A stretch of DNA of 64,000 nucleotides from a virus. Taxonomy: Duplodnaviria; Heunggongvirae; Uroviricota; Caudoviricetes. The notes under the pieces are model-generated. The model was not told the origin of the DNA. It worked only from the letters and a program-made list of their open reading frames with translations, and searched no databases. A program made the translations under genes and the position numbers. Location of the stretch: IMG/VR virus record IMGVR_UViG_3300029305_004950, positions 189,430 through 253,429 of that record; one strand, given 5' to 3'. Below are positions 50,128-58,988 of this stretch, piece by piece. The first letter of the stretch is position 1, and every line of letters starts with the position of its first letter.

Positions 50128-50219
50128 ACGTTTTTAAGCTGCTGATAATACAATTTTTTGTATGTTCCAGCAATTAAAGAGATTTAGTATAACTATTACT
50201 AGTTATAATCGCACAATCT

Positions 50220-50475
50220 ACGTTAAAATGTGTAGAGGATCTTTGATATAAGTAATATCACCTTTCTTTTCAGAAACAGGTCCAAATCCTCTCATTGAGA
50301 ATGCTACTTGCATTCCTTGTCTGATTAAACCTTGCATGTCTTTACCTCTTTCAGTTAAACAGGTTTCGACACGACCTTTTAGTAAATTACCTTCCCACCA
50401 TACATCAGTAATTAAGTGAGATAAATTAGATTGATCAATATACAATTGTCTTTCAACAGTTGGAGATAATGGATG
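50220..50475 (-). CDS. Prohead protease, exon 2
   Basis: Begins with HP (catalytic His) and contains AFSMRGFG (catalytic Ser). Confidence 0.88.
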
Positions 50476-50948
50476 CATTTTCTTTATATAGAATCGTTAA
50501 TTCTATAACTTCATTAAAAAGCTAAGTATTTCTACCTAGATTAGACTATATCTCTATCCTTATAAATAAGAATACTTTTCTATTACGAGCTTACTAAAAC
50601 TCTTTTATAGTCGTTGAACTTAGATAAAACGTAAAGCGTACTATTATAGCTATATATAATCACTTTGTACTATACAAAAGAAAACTGTATTATAATAAAA
50701 ATAATACTTTAGAACTTTTTAACATAGTATACAAAAGAAGAAATATTCTCTAAAAAAAGAAAATCCCATTAACTTCCCAAAAGTTAGATAATCTAAAGAA
50801 AGGTTATTTATATCCTTATAATGGGGTTTCTTTTTTTTTTAGTTTTTATCTAAGCTGCTGATTGTATAAACTAAATTCTTTATAGTTTCCAGCATTTAAG
50901 AATAGTTAAAACCATATGTTATCATTATGGTTAGGCAATCCTTATTTT
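50476..50948 (-). ncRNA. Group I intron 1 of the prohead protease gene (473 nt)
   Basis: GGT|intron...G|CAT junction restores GEAGHP. AAATGCTGGAAA, AATCAGCAG, GTTCAACGACTA and GAGATATAGTC core elements present. Confidence 0.9.
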
Positions 50949-51182
50949 ACCTGCTTCTCCAACCCAAGACTTAGTATTTAATCTTTCCTGTACATATTCA
51001 GAAGTTAAAGCTTTCTTAATAGTATCAGTAGGATAAATACGTTTATTACGATTCTGTACATCACCCTCTTGTAATATAGTTTCAATTACAGTAGGTTGAC
51101 CAGATTTATCACTAATAATTCTAGGTGTAGTAGATATAGCATCTTCAGAAATGATATATCCCTTAATTTTTTCATCTCTCAA
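50949..51182 (-). CDS. Prohead protease, exon 1 (spliced product 264 aa)
   Basis: LQEGDVQNRNKRIYP...GEAG matches gp21. Exons of 234+256+305 nt give 795 nt in frame. Confidence 0.88.
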
Positions 51183-51222
51183 AATACATTACAACTCCTT
51201 TCTTTAAAATAAGGGTATCATA

Positions 51223-51297
51223 TAATGAAATGTTGAATCTTTATTATCTAAAAATACTAGTTTTATTATAAAAATCATTAGTTTCAACATTTTATTA
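51223..51297. promoter_or_regulatory. Divergent late promoters (51223-51234 minus, 51286-51297 plus)
   Basis: AACA TTTCAT TA and AACA TTTTAT TA. Confidence 0.6.
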
Positions 51298-51366
51298 AAT
51301 TAGATAAGAAAATACTTAACTATGAACTTTCTAATTCTAGTAAAGAAAGGAGTGTTTAATTTATAT

Positions 51367-51966
51367 ATGGAATTTTCTAACGAAATCTTACAAGAAATTG
51401 AAAACGATAGTAAGAGACTATTACAAGAAATGACATTATATGATAGTAAAGATAAGAAAACTTTAGATCAGAGTAATTCTAATCCTGAAGTTCTAAATAA
51501 GAAAAAGAATCTTTTAAATAAGAGTACTGCTTTACTTAAGAGAATGCAAAAGAGTATAAAAGACGAAGAGTACTTAATTAAAGGATTTGGTTATCATAGT
51601 AATATCCTTTATAAATTATGTACAAAATTTCCATTTGTTGGTAAAACAATTGGTATACCTTTAATGGCACTTACTAAAGCTGCTGTTAATAATGTTCCAG
51701 CATTAGGAAAAATAGAAAGAGAAAAAATTCTAAATTTATATACAAAACTAAAAGGTGATAAGGAAGCTGTTGTTGCTAAGATTGAACAATTAGAAAAAAT
51801 GAAAAAGATTTCTAATGATCAAAAAGAGCAACTAATTCTATTAAAGAAAATGTCAGCTGAATTAGATATGAATATAAAACGTTTAGAATTTAATTATAAA
51901 CTTTCTCATATCGAAGAACAAACAGCTAAAATGAAAAAGAATAAACCTAGAAATTATACATTTTAA
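51367..51966 (+). CDS. Hypothetical virion head protein
   Basis: Late promoter, LQE/M putative cleavage site; start moved to 51367 behind AAGGAG. Confidence 0.55.
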   Translation: MEFSNEILQEIENDSKRLLQEMTLYDSKDKKTLDQSNSNPEVLNKKKNLLNKSTALLKRMQKSIKDEEYLIKGFGYHSNILYKLCTKFPFVGKTIGIPLMALTKAAVNNVPALGKIEREKILNLYTKLKGDKEAVVAKIEQLEKMKKISNDQKEQLILLKKMSAELDMNIKRLEFNYKLSHIEEQTAKMKKNKPRNYTF

Positions 51967-51987
51967 GAAAGGGATGGTTAATTAATT

Positions 51988-52587
51988 ATGTCTATAAAAA
52001 AATATAGTGAAGAATATTTACTATCCCTACTAAATGAAGCACCACCTAATGATGCTATGGGTCAAACAGCCACTATGCAAACCTCACAAGACAATGCTGC
52101 TTTTGAACCTCAAGAACAGAATGCTTCTATGGGTACAGAAAATGACATGGGTGAAGGTAATATGAATATGGATCCTGGAATGGAAGAAATGGATATGGGT
52201 GGCGGAGATATGGATCCTTCTATGAGTGGTACTGATGGTAATATGGGAACTGATCCTAGTATGGGTCAACCTCCTGTTAAAGATGTTTTCAAAAAAAGAA
52301 AACTATTTAAAGATTATAAAGATTTATTAACTGTTATTGAAAATTTAGAAGATATTTCTTCTAATGTCTTAGCTAAAGATCTTCCAGAAGATGCAAAAAA
52401 GATTTATAATTTTATAACTCATAAGATGGAAGAGAATAAAGAAAAAATAGTTATTATAATGACAGAACAATATTTAAATCTTTCTTACCAACAGTTATTA
52501 ACAATCTATATGTATCTAAAAATGGCAACTAAGCTATATAGTGATATGCTAAAACAGCTAAATGATGCATATAATGAAAAATCTTAA
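51988..52587 (+). CDS. Putative head scaffold/internal protein
   Basis: Directly upstream of the capsid gene; LNE/A site; Met/Gly/Asp-rich low-complexity segment followed by a helical C-terminus. Confidence 0.5.
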   Translation: MSIKKYSEEYLLSLLNEAPPNDAMGQTATMQTSQDNAAFEPQEQNASMGTENDMGEGNMNMDPGMEEMDMGGGDMDPSMSGTDGNMGTDPSMGQPPVKDVFKKRKLFKDYKDLLTVIENLEDISSNVLAKDLPEDAKKIYNFITHKMEENKEKIVIIMTEQYLNLSYQQLLTIYMYLKMATKLYSDMLKQLNDAYNEKS

Positions 52588-52608
52588 AATTTTTCTAATT
52601 AAAAATCA

Positions 52609-52620
52609 AACAAATCAATA
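52609..52620 (+). promoter_or_regulatory. Putative late promoter of the major capsid gene
   Basis: AACA AATCAA TA. Confidence 0.55.
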
Positions 52621-52820
52621 GTCTACTAATCATATATTTACTATAGTTACGTCTATACTATAGTAAATAAAACAAAACAATATATCAGATTATATTAAAT
52701 CAAACAAAATTCAAAATTATTTCTTAATGAAAGGAGGAAATCATACATTTTTTGATTATTTCTCTTTTTTATCTAAAATAGACTTAATCAAAAAGAAAGA
52801 GTGTATGATAAATTCAAATT

Positions 52821-54325
52821 ATGTCTATTGAATACCGTCAGACCGCTCGTTCCAGAATGAACGATGGTTTTACCGATGTACTACGTGAAGCTGCAGAATT
52901 CTTTGCAGATAAGGGCATTCAGATGACCTCCCATCAGGGTATGGAAGAGATTCTATCTGAACAGACTCTATTTAACGAATATAAAGATCATCTATTAGAG
53001 GGTATGGAACCCGATCAGATTGAGAACTTCAATCAGCTAATGGATAATGCTCGTACTCAGATGCTACAGGAAGCTTCTGTCTCTGGTGTACAGCAGATCG
53101 CTGGCTTATCTATGCCTACCATTCGTAAGATGTGGGCAAAGGTTGCTCTAAAGCACGCTATTCCTACTCAGGTAGTTGCTACTCCTCGTTTCGCTATTTC
53201 CTACACCAAGGCATATCTAATGGATGCTAATGGTAATAAGAAAGAACTACCTGATGCTATCAACTATCTAGGTAACACTGAGGCTCAGCTACCTCGTTTC
53301 CGTAACCCTGCAGAAGGTCTAGTTCTACCTATGACTGACTTCAGCCTATTCGAGATTGACTCTGCTGATTATGAAGGTCAGCCTGTTGGCTTCGATGTTG
53401 CTGGTCTAAAGGGTACTGACACCATTGATAAGGTCTTCTATGTTGAGCATGTCGTTACTGACAAGGCTGCTGTCCTAAAGGCTGCTGCTTCTCTACCTGA
53501 AGTTCCTGCTGATATCGATGAAGTCACTCTAAGAGTTCATATCAAGACTGATCTACAGGCTCTAGTTTATGCTAAGGTTGCTATTCCTGTTCAGTATACC
53601 GATCCTGTTACTGGTCTAACCAAGCGTTATGGCGAAGTCTATGATACTCTACTAGGTAAAGTTGACTACACTGAAGGCAAGATGACTCTAATGTCCTCCA
53701 ACGGCCTAATCTCTGCTGTTATGGTTGACGCTCGTCTATCTCAGGAAGCTAATGACTATGGTCAGTCCGTCAGCTTCGACGTTCTAACTAAGGACGTTAC
53801 TATCGGTGTTGGCAGCCACCTAAATGCTCCTCTACCCATCGAATGGCTACAGGACACTATGGCTATCTACAATATCGATGGTGCAGCTGAAGTTGTTGAC
53901 CTAATGTCTCAGACTGTTGCACAGCAGCTAGAAATTGAGATTTATAACTTCCTAGCTAAGTCTATCGAAGTTAACAACATCCAGTATCTAGGTGAGTTCA
54001 ACATGGTTCCTTCTGCTGGCTTCAATGGTACTCCTAAAGCATGGCGTGAAGAACTAAAGACTGTCATTGACTACTTTGCTATCAAGATGAAGACTGATGC
54101 TAAGTTCCATGGTGGTAAGTTCATGATCATTGGTAACCCCATTGACATGCAGATCATTCCTAATGTTGACTGGGTCTTCAATCATACTTCTGACCAGATG
54201 TCTGGTGTTGACGTTTCTTTCAATCTCGGTGCCTTTAGTGGTGCTAACAAGTATGAAATGGTCTCTAGTGACTTAGTTCCTTCTGGTGCATTTATTATGT
54301 TCTTCGTTCCTGGTATCGACAGGCT
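52821..54325 (+). CDS. Major capsid protein (probable), exon 1
   Basis: Strongest codon bias in the window, next to protease and scaffold-like genes, T4 gp23-like propeptide ending at LQE/A. Confidence 0.75.
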
Positions 54326-54560
54326 TAATTAATAGGCCACTATATTGGCAACAATATAGAATTATTTTGAGAATTGCTGGAAATACTATAAGGTAAATCA
54401 GCATCCTTTTATAAAAGGTTCAACGACTATATGATTATCAAATGATAATTTAGTACAAAATGACCTAATGATAGCGAGAATAGTTAGGTTAAAGATATAG
54501 TCTGTTCATTAATGAAAATTAATGATTAAATACATCTAATGAATGTATAAAAACTAAAAG
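54326..54560 (+). ncRNA. ORF-less group I intron (235 nt) in the major capsid gene
   Basis: P1 GGCT/AGGCC with a U.G pair; GAATTGCTGGAAA, AATCAGCA, GTTCAACGACTA and AAGATATAGTC; terminal G. The CT|T junction restores the frame. Confidence 0.9.
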
Positions 54561-54744
54561 TATGACTTACAAATACTATCCTTATACCTTCAACGTTGAG
54601 CGTGGTTACCGTGATCCTAATATGCCTAATGTACCTAGTCTAATGATGACTAAGAGACATGCTCTTGAGGAGTTCACGCCTCTAATCTGCCGTATTGCTA
54701 TTAAGAATAATGTCGGAGCAGTTCCTCAGACTCCTGGTTATTAA
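54561..54744 (+). CDS. Major capsid protein, exon 2 (spliced product 562 aa)
   Basis: Continues in frame as DRL-MTYKYYPYTFNVERGY with the same codon bias. Confidence 0.8.
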
Positions 54745-54779
54745 TTATCTTAATAAGAATTTACGCTAATTAAATAATG

Positions 54780-54822
54780 ACAATCTCCTAGATCTTTTTA
54801 GTCTAGGAGATTGTTTTTTTTT
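54780..54822 (+). terminator. Terminator after the capsid gene
   Basis: ACAATCTCCTAGA/TCTAGGAGATTGT followed by a T run. Confidence 0.85.
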
Positions 54823-54843
54823 GTAAAAATATTTTTAATTTCT

Positions 54844-54855
54844 AACAAATTTTTA
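54844..54855 (+). promoter_or_regulatory. Putative late promoter
   Basis: AACA AATTTT TA upstream of 54902. Confidence 0.5.
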
Positions 54856-54901
54856 AAATATATTTTATTTTTATAGAGTAAATTCTTCTTAAGAAAGGAA
54901 A

Positions 54902-56455
54902 ATGATAATGCTTAAAACACATGATGAATATGTATTAGAATGCAAAGAATTGCTAAATCAAGGTTTTGAAATTTTATCTGAATATAAAAATAATAAAACT
55001 TCAATGAAATTCAGATGTCCTGTTGGACATGAATTTGAAAGATGGCCAAAGGATTTTAAACGGTATAAATCTTGCCCTAAATGTAATGGTAAACAAAAAA
55101 TAACAATAAAAGATTTCAAGGATACAATCAAAAATGAAGCCAATAATGAATATGAGCTTCTAGAAAAAACTATTACAAATGTTCATACACCAGTTAAAAT
55201 TAGACATAAAATCTGTAATCATGAATATAATGTAAGTTATACTAATTTTCAAAATGGAAAAAGATGTCCTAAATGTGCTAAAGAAATTATAATAGATACT
55301 TGTAAGAAAAATAGTACTAATAACTTAAAATCAGATCAAGATTTTAAAAAAGAAATTTTTAGTTTAGTTGGTAGTGAATACACATTCATGGAAAAATATA
55401 AAGGAAAAAGAAAGAATTTAAAATGTAGACATAATTCTTGTAAACATATTTTTTCAATTAATCCAGATTACTTTAAAACAACTTTGAAAAAGAATTCTGT
55501 TCCATGTCCTAAATGTAAAATTTTAAAGGATAGATCTGAAGCAGAAGATGAAATTTATGAATTTTTAAAATCTTTTTATAAAAAAACAATTATTCTTAAT
55601 GATAGAACTATTTTAAAGGGTCAAGAGTTAGATTTTTATCTACCAGATGATAAACTTGCAATAGAATATAATGGTTTATATTGGCATAGTGAAGAAGGTA
55701 GTAATGGTAAATGTGATAGATGGTATCATTATAATAAAACTAAAGATTGTGAAAATAATGGTATTCGTTTAATACATATATTTGAGAATGATTGGTATAA
55801 TTCAAAAGAAATTGTCAAATCAAAAATAAAGTATATTTTACATGAAAGTACAGATTTGTATAAAATATATGCTAGAAAATGTACCATAAAAGAAATTGAT
55901 GATGATTTAAAGAATAAATTTCTTAATAAAAATCATATTCAAGGTTCAGATAAAACAACTACTATAAATCTAGGTCTTTATTATAAACATTATATACCTA
56001 AAAAACAAAAAGAAATGAATCAATTAATTGCAGTTATGACATTTTTAAGAACTAATAACAATTCTAATGATATCGAATATAACCTTTCTAGATATGCTAG
56101 TGATAATAATTATATCATTGAAGGAGGATTTAGTAAACTATTAAAATATTTTACTAGAAACTATGAATTTAATTCTATTATATCATTTGCTGATAGAACT
56201 TGGTCTATAGGAAATATGTATGAGAAAAATAATTTCTATATTGAAAGTTATACTAAACCAGATTATAAATACTATAAAAGAAATGAATTAGTGTTACATC
56301 ATAAATTTGGATTTAGAAAGGATAAGATTAAAAAACTATTTCCAGAAATATATGATGATTCTAAAACTGAAAAGCAAATGATGCAAGAAGCTGGTTATTT
56401 AAGAGTTTGGAATTGTGGATTAATAAAATACAGAATGAAAAATTTAGGAGGTTAA
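54902..56455 (+). CDS. Free-standing homing-endonuclease-like protein (3 Zn-finger repeats, Vsr/PD-(D/E)XK domain, GNAT/Mom-like domain), paralog of 8870..10750
   Basis: ELDFYLPDDKLAIEYNGLYWH; LSRYA...SFADRTWSIGNMY. Confidence 0.75.
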   Translation: MIMLKTHDEYVLECKELLNQGFEILSEYKNNKTSMKFRCPVGHEFERWPKDFKRYKSCPKCNGKQKITIKDFKDTIKNEANNEYELLEKTITNVHTPVKIRHKICNHEYNVSYTNFQNGKRCPKCAKEIIIDTCKKNSTNNLKSDQDFKKEIFSLVGSEYTFMEKYKGKRKNLKCRHNSCKHIFSINPDYFKTTLKKNSVPCPKCKILKDRSEAEDEIYEFLKSFYKKTIILNDRTILKGQELDFYLPDDKLAIEYNGLYWHSEEGSNGKCDRWYHYNKTKDCENNGIRLIHIFENDWYNSKEIVKSKIKYILHESTDLYKIYARKCTIKEIDDDLKNKFLNKNHIQGSDKTTTINLGLYYKHYIPKKQKEMNQLIAVMTFLRTNNNSNDIEYNLSRYASDNNYIIEGGFSKLLKYFTRNYEFNSIISFADRTWSIGNMYEKNNFYIESYTKPDYKYYKRNELVLHHKFGFRKDKIKKLFPEIYDDSKTEKQMMQEAGYLRVWNCGLIKYRMKNLGG

Positions 56456-56461
56456 ATAAAA

Positions 56462-56959
56462 ATGGGTTATCAAGAAAGTTGTATTTATACTAATAATAAA
56501 GACATTGAAAAGAATAATGAAGATATTAAAGATATCTTAAATCTACTTAAAAAATATGATATTAGACTTAGTAATGATAATTATTGTGAATGTATTGGTA
56601 TCTTAAAAGTAAATGAAAGAATTAGTAGTAAGTATGAAAAAGACATGGAAATGTTAGTTTTCGCAGGTGAGAGATCAGAACAAAAGAATCAAAGATTTTT
56701 GTTCAATATCTGTTATGGTTATAATTCAGATTTTACTGATAAAGAATTTGATGAATATATTCCTGCACAATATAGATATGAAGATAAGATTAAAAAAGAA
56801 GATATTGGAATTAATATTCCTAAACTTACAAAAGAGGAATTAGAGCTTATTGATAGAATTAAAATAGTATTTATATATGATGATAATCTTCTTAATGATA
56901 AACTTAGCACAAATACAAGTTTTATTGGATTAGATGACTATTTAAAAAACATTAAATAA
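56462..56959 (+). CDS. Hypothetical protein
   Basis: 165-aa ORF with AGGAGG RBS. Confidence 0.7.
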   Translation: MGYQESCIYTNNKDIEKNNEDIKDILNLLKKYDIRLSNDNYCECIGILKVNERISSKYEKDMEMLVFAGERSEQKNQRFLFNICYGYNSDFTDKEFDEYIPAQYRYEDKIKKEDIGINIPKLTKEELELIDRIKIVFIYDDNLLNDKLSTNTSFIGLDDYLKNIK

Positions 56960-56983
56960 AACTAATTAAATTTTATAAAATAT

Positions 56984-57019
56984 TAGAAGATTACCTAACT
57001 TAATAGGTAATCTTCTAAA
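56984..57019. terminator. Bidirectional terminator
   Basis: TTAGAAGATTACCTA/TAGGTAATCTTCTAA inverted repeat. Confidence 0.75.
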
Positions 57020-57022
57020 TTA

Positions 57023-57622
57023 TTAATTTACATTTTTTAATCGTTTATATTCATTTATAAAGGGTCTTACATTAAGTGGTAATTTCAGTTTTAATTCTTG
57101 TATCAGTTTTACATATGCAATAGCATCTACATAGTTTTTATATTCTTTAGTAAAAATTCTATTAAAGAACTTACAGTATTGCATTGAATTCTTATAACCT
57201 TTAAATTCCATATAAAGTTGAAGTTTATTTTGATATTCAAAACAAAATCCATCTAAATATTCTATTAAATCTTTATCAGACTTTGGTTTTCCATCATGAG
57301 TATATTCATATTGCTTTATTAAATATTTTTTTAATTCTAGATGTTTATTTATATAGTCTAGACTAATACTATTATTTTTAAGCTGAATGACTTTTATTTC
57401 TTTATGTTTAGGTAATTTCTTTATATTAGCATAATCATCCATAGCAACAGGTAAAGCTTTTATAGCTTTTTTATTTAGAACCCCTTCAACAATGACATCA
57501 CCTGCAATAAGAATAGCTAATGCAGCAGCAATTGTTAGGCCGACTCCTTCAGATAAAACCAATTCTTCATTTAAAAACATACAATTTCTATACATTTCTC
57601 TTTGTTTTTCATTAAGTATCAT
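57023..57622 (-). CDS. Putative virion head protein with cleavable propeptide
   Basis: MILNEKQREMYRNCMFLNE leader shared with 57638..58069. Confidence 0.55.
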   Translation of the reverse strand: MILNEKQREMYRNCMFLNEELVLSEGVGLTIAAALAILIAGDVIVEGVLNKKAIKALPVAMDDYANIKKLPKHKEIKVIQLKNNSISLDYINKHLELKKYLIKQYEYTHDGKPKSDKDLIEYLDGFCFEYQNKLQLYMEFKGYKNSMQYCKFFNRIFTKEYKNYVDAIAYVKLIQELKLKLPLNVRPFINEYKRLKNVN

Positions 57623-57637
57623 ATTTTCACCTTCTCT

Positions 57638-58069
57638 TTATTTACTACTACTCTTAATCTTCTTAATTCTTTCATTCAAAGTCTTAAGAGCAACTTCTCT
57701 AAACCACTTTATAGTTAGTTCTACATCTTTAGTAGTTATACCTTTATCTAGATATTTCTTCTTAATACCATTATAGTAGTTCTTAGTTTCATCACATTCA
57801 CCTAATCTAGAACATTTCTCTATACGTTCACCAATTTTCTTAAACTGTGAAATACCAAGATAGATGTCTTTTCTAATGTATTCTAGGCCATTTACTTTCT
57901 TAGTTCTATTTATAAGATTCAAGTATCCTTCGTATTTATGCTTCTTAAAAGTTTCATCTATATTCTGATGGGGATGTATCTTTAATCCCATGAAAGTCTG
58001 ATTAATGAAACCTTCATTTAGGAAAATGCAATCTTTATACATATTCTTTTGATTTTCATTTAGAATCAT
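57638..58069 (-). CDS. Putative virion head protein with cleavable propeptide
   Basis: MILNENQKNMYKDCIFLNE leader; late promoter AACA ATAGAT TA at 58109-58120. Confidence 0.55.
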   Translation of the reverse strand: MILNENQKNMYKDCIFLNEGFINQTFMGLKIHPHQNIDETFKKHKYEGYLNLINRTKKVNGLEYIRKDIYLGISQFKKIGERIEKCSRLGECDETKNYYNGIKKKYLDKGITTKDVELTIKWFREVALKTLNERIKKIKSSSK

Positions 58070-58186
58070 TTCTATATCACTTTCCTTTCTATTGAAAGTA
58101 TTTCTTATTAATCTATTGTTTTTATATATAAAAATACATTTAAAAATTTCATTATACTAAAGATAAAAGGAGACGTTTTTAATTCT

Positions 58187-58570
58187 ATGAAATATCCTAT
58201 ATTCACTCTATTATCTATGATTTTCTTACATATTGTAGATGACTACTATTTACAGGGAATTTTAGCTTCATTAAAACAGAAGAAATATTGGAAGGAAAAT
58301 GCTCCACAAGATTTATACAAATATGATTACATAGTAGCTTTATTTATGCATGGATTTAGTTGGTCTTTTATGATAATGCTACCTATATTTATCTATGTTA
58401 GCTTTAATCTAGATTTTAATATGATTATCTTCTTTATTGTTAACTTGCTAATACATGCTTATATAGATAACCTAAAAGCTAATAAATTCAAAATAAATCT
58501 AATTATAGATCAATTATGTCATCTAATTCAAATTTTAGTAACTTTTACATTTTATCTTTTCTATTTATAA
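58187..58570 (+). CDS. DUF3307-family membrane protein
   Basis: LHIVDDYYLQ, HGFSWS, HAYID..K and DQLCH motifs. Confidence 0.75.
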   Translation: MKYPIFTLLSMIFLHIVDDYYLQGILASLKQKKYWKENAPQDLYKYDYIVALFMHGFSWSFMIMLPIFIYVSFNLDFNMIIFFIVNLLIHAYIDNLKANKFKINLIIDQLCHLIQILVTFTFYLFYL

Positions 58571-58576
58571 AAATTT

Positions 58577-58613
58577 AAGAAGATTACCTAAAAATAGGTA
58601 ATCTTCTTTTTTT
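58577..58613. terminator. Bidirectional terminator with the same stem as 56984-57019
   Basis: AAGAAGATTACCTA/TAGGTAATCTTCTT inverted repeat. Confidence 0.75.
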
Positions 58614-58616
58614 TTA

Positions 58617-58973
58617 TTAAAATTCATTTTTCTTTAATTTATTTTGAAAAGCTTCTAATTTCTTAGTCATATTATAATCAATTATAATTTCATCACCAGA
58701 ATCATCTACAATAACAAGATCTGTTTTAAGATCTGTACTTGTAGATAACCACCATGTAGTACGATTGTCTCTTTTAGTCTTATTTGGATTCTTTCTTTCC
58801 ACTCTAATCTCATATTGATTAGGATGTCTATCAGAATCATATGGAATTGGTTCTGAAACAATAATACCATAATTTTCTTTTGCCTTTATATTAAAAATTG
58901 TCTTTCCAACTAAACTATCCTTATTAGCTGCTAATTTTTTCATTTCATTTGTAAATCTTGTATATTTATCCAT
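58617..58973 (-). CDS. Hypothetical protein, tandem paralog A
   Basis: RH.NQYEIRV and WW.STSTDL..D..IVDD.G shared with the next ORF. Confidence 0.7.
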   Translation of the reverse strand: MDKYTRFTNEMKKLAANKDSLVGKTIFNIKAKENYGIIVSEPIPYDSDRHPNQYEIRVERKNPNKTKRDNRTTWWLSTSTDLKTDLVIVDDSGDEIIIDYNMTKKLEAFQNKLKKNEF

Positions 58974-58988
58974 AATTTTATTTCCTCC

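Larger units (their letters stand above)
48796..50219 (-). ncRNA. Group I intron 2 of the prohead protease gene (1424 nt; antisense ORF in P6)
   Basis: 5' exon ends in T and intron ends in G. P (AATTGCTGGAA), Q (ATCAGCAG), R (GTTCAACGACTA) and S (GATATAGTC) elements present. P6 CTTAAAAACGT/ACGTTTTTAAG brackets the insertion. Confidence 0.88.

Noticed and set aside
52084-52269. His-rich minus-strand ORF
   Set aside because: It is the antisense reading of the ATG-rich Met/Gly segment of 51988..52587.
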